Assembly (NCBI GenBank): GCA_024137785.1
Contig: JAHRHZ010000085.1
Location: 14,360,609-14,424,608, forward strand
Direction: 5' to 3'
Source: Ginglymostoma cirratum
Lineage: Eukaryota
Length of the DNA stretch: 64,000 bases
Shown here: positions 63,999 through 64,000 of the stretch, piece after piece
Position numbering within the stretch: position 1 is the first letter of the stretch
Layout of the letters: the number at the start of each line of letters is the position of its first letter
Notes under the pieces: model-generated
Database searches by the model: none
What the model was told of the DNA's origin: nothing
What the model saw: the letters and a program-made list of their open reading frames with translations, nothing else
Program-made: the position numbers and the translations under genes

Positions 63999-64000
63999 GT

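Overview
Repeat-rich vertebrate genomic DNA, most likely from a shark (inferred from abundant CR1 LINEs, HE1-type tRNA-derived SINEs and Penelope terminal repeats). Two spliced genes can be reconstructed by hand. (1) The 5' half of an ADGRG1/GPR56-like adhesion GPCR on the minus strand: signal-peptide, PLL-domain and two GAIN-region exons with consistent splice phases, running off the left end. (2) A non-rearranging antigen-receptor-like gene on the plus strand: leader, NKp30-like germline-joined VJ domain, C1 domain and uncharged TM with a CxxCxC tail start, running off the right end. Between them lies an old tandem duplication (about 24.9-31.8 kb and 34.9-39.7 kb). Both copies appear to hold decayed relics resembling fractalkine (CX3CL1): a CX3C motif exon, FLGLLxCL transmembrane and cytoplasmic-tail matches, and a conserved TATA/nuclear-receptor/CTCF-like block. 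The remainder is nested CR1, Tx1, Gypsy, Penelope and solo-LTR sequence. It includes many short hairpin Penelope-end insertions with target-site duplications and minimal hammerhead ribozyme cores, and a 400-N gap. All homology calls rest on manual translation and recalled reference sequences, not database searches.
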